Shown here one piece after another: positions 40,330 to 50,482 of a stretch of DNA of 64,000 bases. The position numbers and the translations under genes were made by a program. This stretch comes from Lachnospiraceae bacterium (lineage in GTDB: Bacteria > Bacillota > Clostridia > Lachnospirales > Lachnospiraceae), in assembly GCA_900757145.1 (NCBI GenBank), contig CAAEMT010000003.1, positions 1,718 through 65,717 of the forward strand, given 5' to 3'. Below the pieces are notes generated by a model. That model saw nothing but the letters and a program-made list of their open reading frames with translations. It was not told the origin of the DNA and did not search any database. Positions within the stretch are counted from its first letter, which is position 1; each line of letters starts with the position of its first letter.

Positions 40330-41208
40330 ATGAAGAAGATATTATCAAATAAAAAAGCGATTGCTTTATTTGTACTTCCTACAACGTCTATTATGCTTTT
40401 GATCGTAATAGTACCTATCGCCATCTCGTTTTATTACAGTTTGCTTAACTGGGACGGGCTTGGAAAGGGAGTATTTATCGGACTTGAAAACTACAAAATG
40501 CTGCTTACGGACGAAAGATTTATTGCTGCAATCGGAAATTCACTCCTGTATGTGGCGTTGTCTTTATTCATTCAGCTGCCTATTTCTCTGATACTTGCAC
40601 TCGTTGTAGCCAATGTGAAACGCGGGGAAAAATTTTATAGAACTACATATTTTATTCCAGTTGTTATTTCCGGTGTGGTAATTGGACAGTTGTGGCAGAA
40701 AATTTACAATGGAGATTACGGACTGCTCAATGCAATACTGGGAGCACTGAATCTGGAACATCTGCAGCAGGATTGGCTTGGACAGGAAAATACGGCGCTG
40801 ATGTCAGCATTTATCCCCAATCTTTGGCAATATGTCGGCTACCATATGCTGATCATGTATGCCGGAATCAAATCAATCTCGCCCGAGATTCAGGAGGCTG
40901 CGCGTATCGACGGAGCAAATCGTCTTCAGACGGCGTTCAAGGTAACAATTCCGCTTTTGAAGCCGATTATTCAGGTATGTGTGACATTTTCCCTGATTGG
41001 AGCCCTGAAGATCTTCGATCTGATCTACGTACTGACAGGCGGAGGACCATTCTATTCGACAGAGGTTCCTACGGTTTATATGTACAAGACGATATTTGAC
41101 TCATTTAAGTACGGCTACGGAAGTGCAATCTCGATCTTTATTATTTTGGAGTGTATTGTATTTACGATGGTATTGAAATTATTTTTCAGAGAAAAGGAGA
41201 AAATGTGA
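40330..41208 (+). CDS. Sugar ABC transporter permease
   Basis: WQYVGY, EAARIDGA. Confidence 0.93.
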   Translation: MKKILSNKKAIALFVLPTTSIMLLIVIVPIAISFYYSLLNWDGLGKGVFIGLENYKMLLTDERFIAAIGNSLLYVALSLFIQLPISLILALVVANVKRGEKFYRTTYFIPVVISGVVIGQLWQKIYNGDYGLLNAILGALNLEHLQQDWLGQENTALMSAFIPNLWQYVGYHMLIMYAGIKSISPEIQEAARIDGANRLQTAFKVTIPLLKPIIQVCVTFSLIGALKIFDLIYVLTGGGPFYSTEVPTVYMYKTIFDSFKYGYGSAISIFIILECIVFTMVLKLFFREKEKM

Positions 41209-42035
41209 TGAAAGGAAAGTGGACCACAAGACTTACGCATTTTATTTTGATGCTCATAGCTTTGATTCAGGTATTTCCGCTGTTCTGGCTGTTCGGATTT
41301 TCCCTGAAGGATAATGCGGAGATATTCGGCGGAAATATTGCCGGACTGCCTCAAAACTGGCACTTTGAAAACTATGCGGAAGCCTTTTTTCAGGCAAATG
41401 TTTTTCAGTACTTTATGAATAGTGTTCTGGTAACGGGAGCTACGATCATAATTACGATTATTTTGGGAGCTACGACAGCTTATGCGATCGAGAGAATGCA
41501 GTGGAGAGGACGTAAGCTGCTGATGAATGGTATTCTGCTTGGAATGATGGTTCCGATCCATGCCGTATTGCTTCCGCTGTTTATTGTACTGAGTAAGACG
41601 AAGCTGCTCAATTCCTACTGGGCACTTATTATTCCATACGTTGCTTTTGGTATTCCGATGGCAATCTATCTCTTTACAAGTTTTATGGCGTCGATTCCCA
41701 AAGAGATGGAAGAAGCCGCTGCGATTGACGGATGTGGAATCTATAGGATCTTTTTTAGGATTATTATGCCGCTTGTACGTCCGGCAATCGCTACAGTAAG
41801 CATTTTTACTTTCATTTCTTCCTGGAATGAACTGATGTTTGCTGTAACCTTTATCAATAAGACAGAGTATAAGACATTGACAGTCGGTATTATGTCAATG
41901 GTAGGTGCATATACGACGAAATGGGGGGAGATCGGAGCCGGTCTTATGATCGCGACGATTCCGACGATTCTTATTTATCTGCTTTTGAGTGAGCAGGTGC
42001 AAAACAGTCTGGTGGCAGGCGCAGTAAAGGGATAA
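41208..42035 (+). CDS. Sugar ABC transporter permease
   Basis: EEAAAIDGC, C-terminal GAVKG. Confidence 0.93.
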   Translation: MKGKWTTRLTHFILMLIALIQVFPLFWLFGFSLKDNAEIFGGNIAGLPQNWHFENYAEAFFQANVFQYFMNSVLVTGATIIITIILGATTAYAIERMQWRGRKLLMNGILLGMMVPIHAVLLPLFIVLSKTKLLNSYWALIIPYVAFGIPMAIYLFTSFMASIPKEMEEAAAIDGCGIYRIFFRIIMPLVRPAIATVSIFTFISSWNELMFAVTFINKTEYKTLTVGIMSMVGAYTTKWGEIGAGLMIATIPTILIYLLLSEQVQNSLVAGAVKG

Positions 42036-42048
42036 GGAGACAGATAGT

Positions 42049-43599
42049 ATGAAGGCAAGGCTTACTGTTTATGCAGATCATATAAAAAATAAGATTAGCT
42101 CAAATATTTTCGGACATTTTATGGAGCATTGTATCGATGTAATTTACGGAAGCGTTTATGATCCACATCATCCGCTTGCAGATGAAGACGGGTTTCGTAC
42201 AGATGTGCTTGATGCGCTGCGTGAAGTGAAAACGCCCATGCTGCGTTATCCGGGCGGCAATTTTGTATCAAATTATCACTGGGAAAACGGCATCGGTCCG
42301 GCAGAAGATCGCCCGAAGATGTTCGACTATGCATGGAATGCAGAAGATGACAACCGTTTTGGAACAGTGGAATTTATCAAACTGTGCAAAAAAGTAGGAG
42401 CACAGCCGTATATCTGTGTCAATATGGGAAGTGGAACGGCTGAGGAGGCAATGAATTGGGTAGAGTTCTGTAATGGAACAGGGGATACGAAGTATGTGCG
42501 TCTTCGGAAAAGTCTTGGATATGAGGAACCGTTTGACGTCAGATACTGGGGGCTTGGAAATGAACTGTATGGAGATTGGCAGTACGGCTCCTGTAGTGCT
42601 TTGGATTATGCAAAAAAGGCGCTTGATTTTGCAAAAGCAATGAAGTGGAGAGATCCTTCCATAGAACTTGTAGCTTGTGGACATGATATAGGAAGTGAGT
42701 GGAATTATACGGTAGCAAAGGTGTTAAAGCCTTTGATCGATCATGTGGCGATTCATCATTACTCGATCGGATACGGTGTTTTCAATGAGGATAATTATGA
42801 AGAATGTATGTATATTCCGGAGTATATTTCAAAACTGACGAAGGTGGCAAAAGCCGATATTATTGCGGGTACGGGCGATGCACTTACTGACATTAAAGTC
42901 GCGTGGGATGAGTGGAATACGCATGCGTGGGATTTTGATGCCAAGAAGAACAAGGCAGCCTGTACATTTAGAAACGCGATCCTTACGGCAGGAATCCTGC
43001 ACAGTTTCCTGCGCGACAGTGATACGGTAGAAATCGCAAGCTATTCTCCGTTCATAAATGTGTGTGGTGCTTTGGCAGTTCATGAAAGCGGAGTTGTGAA
43101 GCGTCCGCAGTATCATGTATTTAAGATGATGGCAGAAGCGTTCGGAATGTGTGATTGTTTTGTAGATTCGCATACAGTTTGCGAGGAGTACGAACTGGAT
43201 GAAGTGATTGATTTCTCTAATCGGCTTCCGGAGCCGAAGTTTGCACTTGATGCCAAAAGTTTAAGGCGTAAGGTGAAAACGCCATATATAGACTGTGTAG
43301 CTGCACTGAATGAGGAGTGTACAAAGATTGTTATTTCGATTTTGAATAAGCATCCGCAGGAGGATTGTGAAATCGATACAGCGGTATTTGGTACAGATGT
43401 AAATTGGGATCATGTACAGTGTATGACACTTTATAATGACGATTTGGAAGCTTTGAATACAAAGGAGGAGCCGGAAAAGGTGTCGGTATCGGAACATATA
43501 TTGTCTGTTTCGTCTGGAAAAGTATGCGTGAAAAAGCATTCTCTTAGTATTATTACGGCAGATCTTGTACAGGCAGCCGGATCAACAGAAGATAAATAA
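42049..43599 (+). CDS. GH51 alpha-L-arabinofuranosidase
   Basis: FGHFMEH, RYPGGNFV, WGLGNE, WDEWN. Confidence 0.9.
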   Translation: MKARLTVYADHIKNKISSNIFGHFMEHCIDVIYGSVYDPHHPLADEDGFRTDVLDALREVKTPMLRYPGGNFVSNYHWENGIGPAEDRPKMFDYAWNAEDDNRFGTVEFIKLCKKVGAQPYICVNMGSGTAEEAMNWVEFCNGTGDTKYVRLRKSLGYEEPFDVRYWGLGNELYGDWQYGSCSALDYAKKALDFAKAMKWRDPSIELVACGHDIGSEWNYTVAKVLKPLIDHVAIHHYSIGYGVFNEDNYEECMYIPEYISKLTKVAKADIIAGTGDALTDIKVAWDEWNTHAWDFDAKKNKAACTFRNAILTAGILHSFLRDSDTVEIASYSPFINVCGALAVHESGVVKRPQYHVFKMMAEAFGMCDCFVDSHTVCEEYELDEVIDFSNRLPEPKFALDAKSLRRKVKTPYIDCVAALNEECTKIVISILNKHPQEDCEIDTAVFGTDVNWDHVQCMTLYNDDLEALNTKEEPEKVSVSEHILSVSSGKVCVKKHSLSIITADLVQAAGSTEDK

Positions 43600-43619
43600 A
43601 GTGCATGGAGGAAAAGAAG

Positions 43620-45251
43620 ATGATAAAGAACCCTATTATATCAGGTTTTAATGCGGATCCGAGTATTGTGCGAGTGAAGGATACGTATTATATTGCGTGT
43701 TCTACATTTGAATGGTGGCCAGGTGTACAGATTCACGAATCGAAGGATCTGGTCCATTGGCATCTGATTGCACATCCGCTTAATGAGACCCGGCTTTTAG
43801 ATATGAAAGGAAATCCTGACTCGGCAGGAATCTGGGCTCCTGACTTAAGCTGGTGCGATGGAAAATTTTATCTTGTATACACCGATGTAAAGGTGACGGA
43901 AGGGGCATATAAGGACTGTACGAATTATCTGATCACCGCGGAGGATATCATGGGACCGTGGTCTGATCCGGTTGAATTGAATACATCCGGATTTGATGCG
44001 TCTCTCTTTCATGATGAAGACGGAAAGAAGTATTTGCTGAATATGTGTTGGGATCCGCGTACGCACCATCATCCGTTTTACGGAATTATGTGCACGGAAT
44101 ATTCCGACAAGGAGAAACGCCTTGTCGGAGCACCAAAGATCATATATACAGGAACATCTGAGAAATTGACAGAAGGACCGCATATATACAGGTATAATGG
44201 ATATTACTATCTGTTTGTGGCACAGGGAGGAACCGTTTATACGCATCAGGAGCGTGTGGCTAGAGCGCGATCTTTAAACGATACATTTGAGTCAATGCCG
44301 GGATATCCACTGATTACACAGTACGATGCTCCATTCCATCCGCTTCAGAAATCAGGACATGGCTCCCTTGTAGAGACTCAGAACGGAGAGTGGTATTTTG
44401 TTCACTTGATGAGCCGTCCTTTGCATCATGCCAATGAGTCTGTGATTGATCCAAGGGGCTGGTGTCCGCTCGGAAGAGAGACAGGTATCCAGAAGATAGA
44501 ATGGAGAGAAGATGGCTGGCCGTATGTTGTTGGAGGACATAACGGAAGAGAGTATGTAGAAGAGCCGGTCGGAATTACAGAATGTGGTTGGGAGATGTCA
44601 TATCCAGAAAAGGATGATTTTGATGATCTGGAGTTAAATATCAATTTCCAGAGCCTTCGTATTCCGCTTGGAGAGGATATTATGACATTAAAAGAACGTC
44701 CGGGACACCTGCGTCTGTACGGCCGTCAATCTTTGACTTCTACATTTACGCAGGCTCATATTGCGCGTCGCTGGGAGGACTTTTTCTTTGATGCAGAGAC
44801 AAAGGTGGAGTATGAACCGGACAGCTTTTTACAGATGGCAGGCTTATCCTGCTATTACAATACAAAAAACTGGACTTGCATCTGTGTGACCTGGGACGAG
44901 TATGCCGGAAAATGTATCCATCTTCTCTGTAATGACAGAGCCGGACTTACATATGTCTGGAAGGATCATCCCGTTCCGGTTCCGGCAGGTCAGAAGGAAG
45001 TTTATTTCAGAGTAAAAGTAAGAGCTTTGGAATACGAGTATGAATATTCGTTTGACGGTGAAAACTGGAAGGGTACAGGTGTATTCTTTGACAGTGCAAA
45101 GCTGTCGGATGATTATATCAAGGAGACATATGACGGAGCGTTTACGGGAGCGTTCACAGGTATGTTCAGTGTAGATGGCATGGGGACACATAAGCCTGCT
45201 GATTTTGACTATTTTTCTTATAAAAAGCTGGAAGAGGCGCAGAGCAAATAA
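43620..45251 (+). CDS. GH43 beta-xylosidase (XynB-like)
   Basis: NPIISGFNADPS, WAPDL, GFDASLF, TEGPH, GAFTG. Confidence 0.92.
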   Translation: MIKNPIISGFNADPSIVRVKDTYYIACSTFEWWPGVQIHESKDLVHWHLIAHPLNETRLLDMKGNPDSAGIWAPDLSWCDGKFYLVYTDVKVTEGAYKDCTNYLITAEDIMGPWSDPVELNTSGFDASLFHDEDGKKYLLNMCWDPRTHHHPFYGIMCTEYSDKEKRLVGAPKIIYTGTSEKLTEGPHIYRYNGYYYLFVAQGGTVYTHQERVARARSLNDTFESMPGYPLITQYDAPFHPLQKSGHGSLVETQNGEWYFVHLMSRPLHHANESVIDPRGWCPLGRETGIQKIEWREDGWPYVVGGHNGREYVEEPVGITECGWEMSYPEKDDFDDLELNINFQSLRIPLGEDIMTLKERPGHLRLYGRQSLTSTFTQAHIARRWEDFFFDAETKVEYEPDSFLQMAGLSCYYNTKNWTCICVTWDEYAGKCIHLLCNDRAGLTYVWKDHPVPVPAGQKEVYFRVKVRALEYEYEYSFDGENWKGTGVFFDSAKLSDDYIKETYDGAFTGAFTGMFSVDGMGTHKPADFDYFSYKKLEEAQSK

Positions 45252-45452
45252 GCGTACAGTATTCTTCGAAACAATGAAATTGTGATTTTGTCACAGAAGG
45301 ATCTTTAAATAAGTGGTATACCATAGCTGTAAGCAAAGAGCAGTTGTTTTATACAGACTGCAAAGATACAAAGAAGAAGATAGAAGAAAATATTATAGAT
45401 TTGTCTGAAAGAAAACAGATAAAGTGTATTTGCAGAAACAGGAGGTATTATT

Positions 45453-46199
45453 ATGAGATTAAAGGACAGAGTGGCAGTTATCACAGGCGGAAGCCGTGGA
45501 ATCGGCTTTGCAACGGCAGAGGCTTTTTTAAGAGAAGGTGCAAAAGTTATCGTAGCTGCGAGCCGGAAGGAGACGGCAGATCATGCGGTAGCTCAGTTAA
45601 AAGAGAAGTACCCGGATGCGGTTGTAGACGGAATCAGTCCAAACCTCGGAAATCTTGCAGAGGTGAGAGAAGCGTTCCGAAAAGTAAGTGAAAAGTATGG
45701 ATGCATTGAGATTCTCGTGAATAATGCGGGTGTTTCGGAGAGCACACCGTTTACGGAGTACACAGAAGAAGCGTTTGACAAGGTAATGGATCTGAATATC
45801 AAAGGCGTATTTAACAGTACGAAAGCAGCGTCTGAATGCATGATCGCAAAAGGCAGAGGCGTGATTTTAAGTACATCTTCCATGGTAAGTATTTACGGTC
45901 AGCCAAGCGGTATCGCGTATCCGGCTTCCAAGTTTGCTGTAAATGGTTTTACGGTATCTCTGGCGCGTGAACTTGGACCGAAAGGTATCCGTGTTAATGC
46001 TGTGGCTCCCGGTATTACGGAGACAGATATGATGAAGGCAGTGCCGCAGGAGGTAATCAAACCTTTGATTGCTCAGATACCGCTGCGCCGCCTTGGACAG
46101 CCGGAGGATATTGCAAATGCGTTCGTATTCCTTGCTTCGGATGAGGCGTCCTATATCACAGGCGTGATTCTTAGTGTGGACGGAATGGCGCGCACGTAA
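45453..46199 (+). CDS. Short-chain dehydrogenase, 3alpha-hydroxysteroid dehydrogenase-like
   Basis: TGGSRGIG, NNAG, YPASK catalytic motif. The SDR fold is secure; the substrate is inferred from recalled similarity. Confidence 0.75.
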   Translation: MRLKDRVAVITGGSRGIGFATAEAFLREGAKVIVAASRKETADHAVAQLKEKYPDAVVDGISPNLGNLAEVREAFRKVSEKYGCIEILVNNAGVSESTPFTEYTEEAFDKVMDLNIKGVFNSTKAASECMIAKGRGVILSTSSMVSIYGQPSGIAYPASKFAVNGFTVSLARELGPKGIRVNAVAPGITETDMMKAVPQEVIKPLIAQIPLRRLGQPEDIANAFVFLASDEASYITGVILSVDGMART

Positions 46200-46225
46200 G
46201 AATTTAATGTCAGATTTCTGAATTA

Positions 46226-46394
46226 GTAACAGTTCAGCCATTACGTCGCAGACACGTCCTACGGACTCATCGCCGCTTCGCAGCTCCAGTCTGCGCCTAT
46301 GGCAGAGCGCCATATGTCAAAAAATACGGATACTGTTCTAAAAGCAAGCTTTCTCACAGTATTCGTATTTTTTGCCGCATGGCTGAACTGTTAC
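46226..46394. mobile_element. 169-bp MITE with perfect 16-bp TIRs and 8-bp TSD
   Basis: GTAACAGTTCAGCCAT...ATGGCTGAACTGTTAC flanked by CTGAATTA at 46218-46225 and 46395-46402. Confidence 0.9.
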
Positions 46395-46499
46395 CTGAAT
46401 TATTAAATTTTGATAAATTTTTCTTCCCTTTTAAAAGAAAACGTGCTACTATAATTAAGAAAAACAGTTTCTAAAATTAACAGAAACAGATAATGACAT

Positions 46500-46657
46500 G
46501 ATAGAGGCGCAGGCTTCATCAGTACCGAAAGCATACAGGCTGGACCGCTGTTTTCGGGAAAGGGGAGACTGCCGAAGCGTTTACATCCGGTCCGGGGTGT
46601 GAATGCTGGGATGACGCAGAATATGCGGCATACTGTCACGAAATGTGGAGCGCTATC
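46500..46657 (+). ncRNA. Lysine riboswitch
   Basis: GATAGAGGCGC..ATCAGTA..GAAAGGGGA..GCCGAA..CTGGG..GAATA..ACTGTCAC..GTGGAGCGCTATC. Confidence 0.93.
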
Positions 46658-46706
46658 TGGCAGTCAGAGCTGACAAATGAATTCATATGAATGTTTGTGA
46701 GGATTT

Positions 46707-46753
46707 GCACCGCAAATACGTTCCCTTTCGGGAGTGTATCTGCGGTGTTTTTT
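46707..46753 (+). terminator. Leader terminator downstream of the lysine riboswitch
   Basis: gcaccgcaaatacg...tgtatctgcggtg followed by a T run. Confidence 0.8.
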
Positions 46754-46927
46754 ATATTATAGGAAAGATCGTGTCGATCTGATGCATGAAAGTCTTTCCA
46801 TGACACCAAAATAAGGATGCACACAGATGCACGCGGTATGTGATTGTTTTGCGATATGCATCCGGCGCGGCAAAAGTGTTCGGAGCACATTTTTGTTATC
46901 ATGTTAAAGAGGGAAGGAGAAAAGAAG

Positions 46928-48556
46928 ATGTACCGTATGAAAAAGGGTAACTTATGGTTCGCAGCGGCGCTTATTCCGGTCCTTGTACTGATGTTCGGTA
47001 TGACGGCGTGCGCTGCCGAAGAGGGAGCAGAGTATGTTGCTCCGGTCTATGCCACGTTTTGGGCGCTGCTGCCACCGGTTGTAGCGATTGGACTAGCACT
47101 CATTACAAAAGAGGTTTACAGTTCGCTGTTTATCGGAGTGCTGGTCGGAAGCCTTTTGTATTCCGGATTTAATTTTGAGATGACAGTAACCCACATATTT
47201 AAGGATGGTTTTATCAGTGTCCTGTCTGATGAATATAATGTGGGTATTCTGATTTTTCTTGTGATTCTCGGAGCGATGGTGGCGCTGATGAATAAGGCGG
47301 GCGGATCTGCCGCGTTTGGGCGTTTTGCCGCTAAGAAAATTAAAAACAGAGCGGGAGCCCAGCTTGCGACGATCGTGCTTGGTGTCCTGATCTTTATTGA
47401 TGATTATTTTAACTGTCTGACGGTCGGCAGCGTCATGCGACCTGTGACAGATAAATTTAAAGTTTCGAGAGCGAAGCTGGCTTATCTGATCGATGCTACG
47501 GCAGCTCCTGTCTGTATTATCGCTCCGATTTCTTCGTGGGCTGCTGCCGTGACCGGATTTGTGGAGGGCGAGGATGGATTTTCGATTTTTATCCGTGCAA
47601 TCCCGTACAACTTCTATGCAATTCTGACGATTGTAATGATGATTGCGATGGTCGTGATGCGTACGGAGTTTGGCTCAATGGCAACACATGAAAAAAATGC
47701 GCTGAAAGGTGATCTGTTTACAACGCCGGGACGTCCGTACGGAGATGCACAGGAAGAGGCAGCCAAGACGAAAGGAACTGTTGTAGACCTTCTGATTCCG
47801 ATTATTACGCTGATCATCTGCTGCGTGATCGGTATGATTTATACGGGAGGATTTTTCTCAGGAGCTGATTTTGTGACAGCGTTCTCCAATAGTGACGCTT
47901 CTCTTGGACTGACGCTCGGAAGTTTCTTTGGGCTTGTGATTACAATCGTGCTTTATCAGATTCGCCGCGTACTGAGTTTTCAGGAGTGTATGGAATGTAT
48001 TCCTGAGGGCTTTAAGGCGATGGTTCCTGCTATTATGATCCTGACCTTTGCATGGACGCTGAAGGCAATGACAGACAGCCTCGGTGCGGCAGATTATGTG
48101 GAGGCGCTTGTAGACGGCAGTGCAAAAAGTCTGATGAATATGCTTCCGTCCATTATTTTCCTGATCGGCTGTCTGCTTGCATTTGCGACTGGAACCTCAT
48201 GGGGGACATTCGGTATCCTGATTCCCATAGTGGTAAAGGTGTTTGCAAATGATCCGCAGCTTATGATTATTTCAATTTCTGCTTGCATGGCAGGAGCTGT
48301 CTGCGGCGATCATTGCTCGCCGATCTCTGATACGACGATTATGGCGTCTGCTGGAGCTCAGTGCGAGCATGTCAATCATGTGACAACACAGATTCCGTAC
48401 GTTGTTCTTGTGGCTGCTGTTTCATTTGTGACGTATATTGTAGCAGGATTCGTAAAAAGTGCATGGATCTCTCTTCCGTTTGGAATCATTTTACTGCTCG
48501 CAATCCTTTTTATCAAGCGTGCAGCCGGTAAGACTGTTTCGACAAAAGAAGAGTAA
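46928..48556 (+). CDS. NhaC-family transporter, probable lysine uptake (LysW-like)
   Basis: IFIDDYFN, DATAAP, TGTSWGTF, GDHCSPISDTTI; upstream lysine riboswitch. Confidence 0.85.
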   Translation: MYRMKKGNLWFAAALIPVLVLMFGMTACAAEEGAEYVAPVYATFWALLPPVVAIGLALITKEVYSSLFIGVLVGSLLYSGFNFEMTVTHIFKDGFISVLSDEYNVGILIFLVILGAMVALMNKAGGSAAFGRFAAKKIKNRAGAQLATIVLGVLIFIDDYFNCLTVGSVMRPVTDKFKVSRAKLAYLIDATAAPVCIIAPISSWAAAVTGFVEGEDGFSIFIRAIPYNFYAILTIVMMIAMVVMRTEFGSMATHEKNALKGDLFTTPGRPYGDAQEEAAKTKGTVVDLLIPIITLIICCVIGMIYTGGFFSGADFVTAFSNSDASLGLTLGSFFGLVITIVLYQIRRVLSFQECMECIPEGFKAMVPAIMILTFAWTLKAMTDSLGAADYVEALVDGSAKSLMNMLPSIIFLIGCLLAFATGTSWGTFGILIPIVVKVFANDPQLMIISISACMAGAVCGDHCSPISDTTIMASAGAQCEHVNHVTTQIPYVVLVAAVSFVTYIVAGFVKSAWISLPFGIILLLAILFIKRAAGKTVSTKEE

Positions 48557-48682
48557 AAGCTGTTTGGAATCGCAAGAGGTTTTACTGCGTATTTGCGCTG
48601 GGTATTGATTTCCCGGCGCTTTTTTAATAAAATGATAAAATAGAAAATAAAAGACAGGATAGAAAGGTGCTGTACAGAGAAA

Positions 48683-49474
48683 ATGATTTTTGATACTCAT
48701 GCACATTATGATGATGAAGCATTTGAAGAAGATCGGGAGGAGCTGCTTACCCAGATGGAACCTGCCGGAATAAAGGCAATAGTAAACGTTGGAGCATCGC
48801 TTCGCGGCGTGCAGGCAAGTCAGGATCTGGCGGAGAAATATCCGTTTGTTTATGCGGCTGTCGGTGTGCATCCAGATGAAGTGGGAGCCCTCGATGAGCA
48901 GAGACTGCTTTGGATGTACGAGCTTTGTCGTAAGCCAAAAAGTGTTGCAGTCGGTGAGATCGGTCTTGATTATTATTGGGATAAGGAAGCACATGAATTT
49001 CAGAAACAATGGTTCATCCGTCAGATACAGATGGCAAAGGACGTCGGGCTTCCAATCAATGTCCACAGCAGGGAGGCGGCGCAGGATACGTTTGATATTA
49101 TAAAGAAGTACCATGCAGGGACGACCGGAGGCATCATTCACTGCTTCTCTTCTTCTGCTGAACTTGCGATGGAATATGTGAAGCTTGGATATTATATTGG
49201 TGTAGGAGGCGTCGTGACGTTTAAGAATGCGCGCGTCTTAAAGGAAGTAGTGCAGAGTGTGCCGCTTGAGCGTATTGTGGTGGAAACAGACTGTCCGTAC
49301 CTTGCCCCGGCTCCGAATCGCGGAAAGCGCAATTCCTCGCTGTATCTGCCTCTGGTGATCGGGCAGATCGCAGAGCTTAAAGGGATTGAGCCAAAGGAGG
49401 TTGAGACGGCGACATATGAAAATGCGCTACGCGTCTATACGAAGGTGCAGGAGATACAGAAAAGCAGAGATTAG
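48683..49474 (+). CDS. tatD: TatD family nuclease
   Basis: DTHAH, GVHP, GEIGLDY, HSRE, HCF, ETDCPY. Confidence 0.93.
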   Translation: MIFDTHAHYDDEAFEEDREELLTQMEPAGIKAIVNVGASLRGVQASQDLAEKYPFVYAAVGVHPDEVGALDEQRLLWMYELCRKPKSVAVGEIGLDYYWDKEAHEFQKQWFIRQIQMAKDVGLPINVHSREAAQDTFDIIKKYHAGTTGGIIHCFSSSAELAMEYVKLGYYIGVGGVVTFKNARVLKEVVQSVPLERIVVETDCPYLAPAPNRGKRNSSLYLPLVIGQIAELKGIEPKEVETATYENALRVYTKVQEIQKSRD

Positions 49475-49519
49475 AGAAAATCTGATTCCAAAGAGTAAAG
49501 ACAGAAGAATGGAGATTAT

Positions 49520-50386
49520 ATGGAAAAGCTTTCAAATCCACAGAAAACAATAGAGATTATACAAAAATATGGCTTTGATTTTCAGAAAAAGTTCGGGCAG
49601 AATTTTTTGATCGATCCGCGTGTGCTAGATAAGATCATAGCGGCGGCGGAGATTACGAAGGATGATTTTGTACTGGAGATCGGGCCGGGGATCGGGACGA
49701 TGACGCAGTATCTTGCTGAGGCTGCAAGAGAGGTGACAGCAGTAGAGATCGACCGGAATCTGATCCCTATCTTGTCTGAGACACTTGCAGAATATGAGAA
49801 TGTTACAGTCCTGAATCAGGATGTACTAAAGACGGATATTGCGGCGATCGCCCAGGAGAGGAACGGCGGCCGTCCGATCAAGGTAGTGGCGAATCTGCCG
49901 TATTATATCACGACGCCGATCATCATGGGGCTTTTTGAGAGCCGTGTGCCAATCGACAGTATCACAGTGATGGTACAAAAAGAGGTGGCGCAGAGGATGC
50001 AGGCGCAGCCGGGGACGAAGGATTACGGTGCGCTGTCATTGGCGGTGCAGTATTATGCAAAGCCGTATATTGCGGCGAACGTTCCGCCAAACTGCTTTAT
50101 TCCCCGTCCGAATGTCGGCAGTGCGGTAATACGGCTTAAAAAATACGAGAATCCGCCTGTAAAGGTACAGGATGAGACACTTTTGTTCCGGCTGATCCGT
50201 GCGTCCTTTAATCAAAGGCGCAAGACGCTTGTGAACGGATTGAAAAATTGTGCAGAGCTTCCATTTTCAAAAGAACAGATACTTGCGGCGTTTGAAGTGA
50301 CAGGGCTTGCTGAGAATATCAGAGGAGAGGCGCTGACTCTTGCGCAGTTCGCTCAGCTCTCAGATGCATTTTCCCAGATGAAGTGA
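49520..50386 (+). CDS. rsmA: 16S rRNA adenine dimethyltransferase
   Basis: KKFGQNFL, EIGPGIG, ANLPYYIT, MVQKEVA. Confidence 0.97.
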   Translation: MEKLSNPQKTIEIIQKYGFDFQKKFGQNFLIDPRVLDKIIAAAEITKDDFVLEIGPGIGTMTQYLAEAAREVTAVEIDRNLIPILSETLAEYENVTVLNQDVLKTDIAAIAQERNGGRPIKVVANLPYYITTPIIMGLFESRVPIDSITVMVQKEVAQRMQAQPGTKDYGALSLAVQYYAKPYIAANVPPNCFIPRPNVGSAVIRLKKYENPPVKVQDETLLFRLIRASFNQRRKTLVNGLKNCAELPFSKEQILAAFEVTGLAENIRGEALTLAQFAQLSDAFSQMK

Positions 50387-50482
50387 GACGGATTTTCGTG
50401 AGAGTACGGATGATATTTTATAATCAAGATGTCGAAAAAGGACATGCAATGGAAAGGCTTAAGGTATAGAGGAGGTGTTTTC

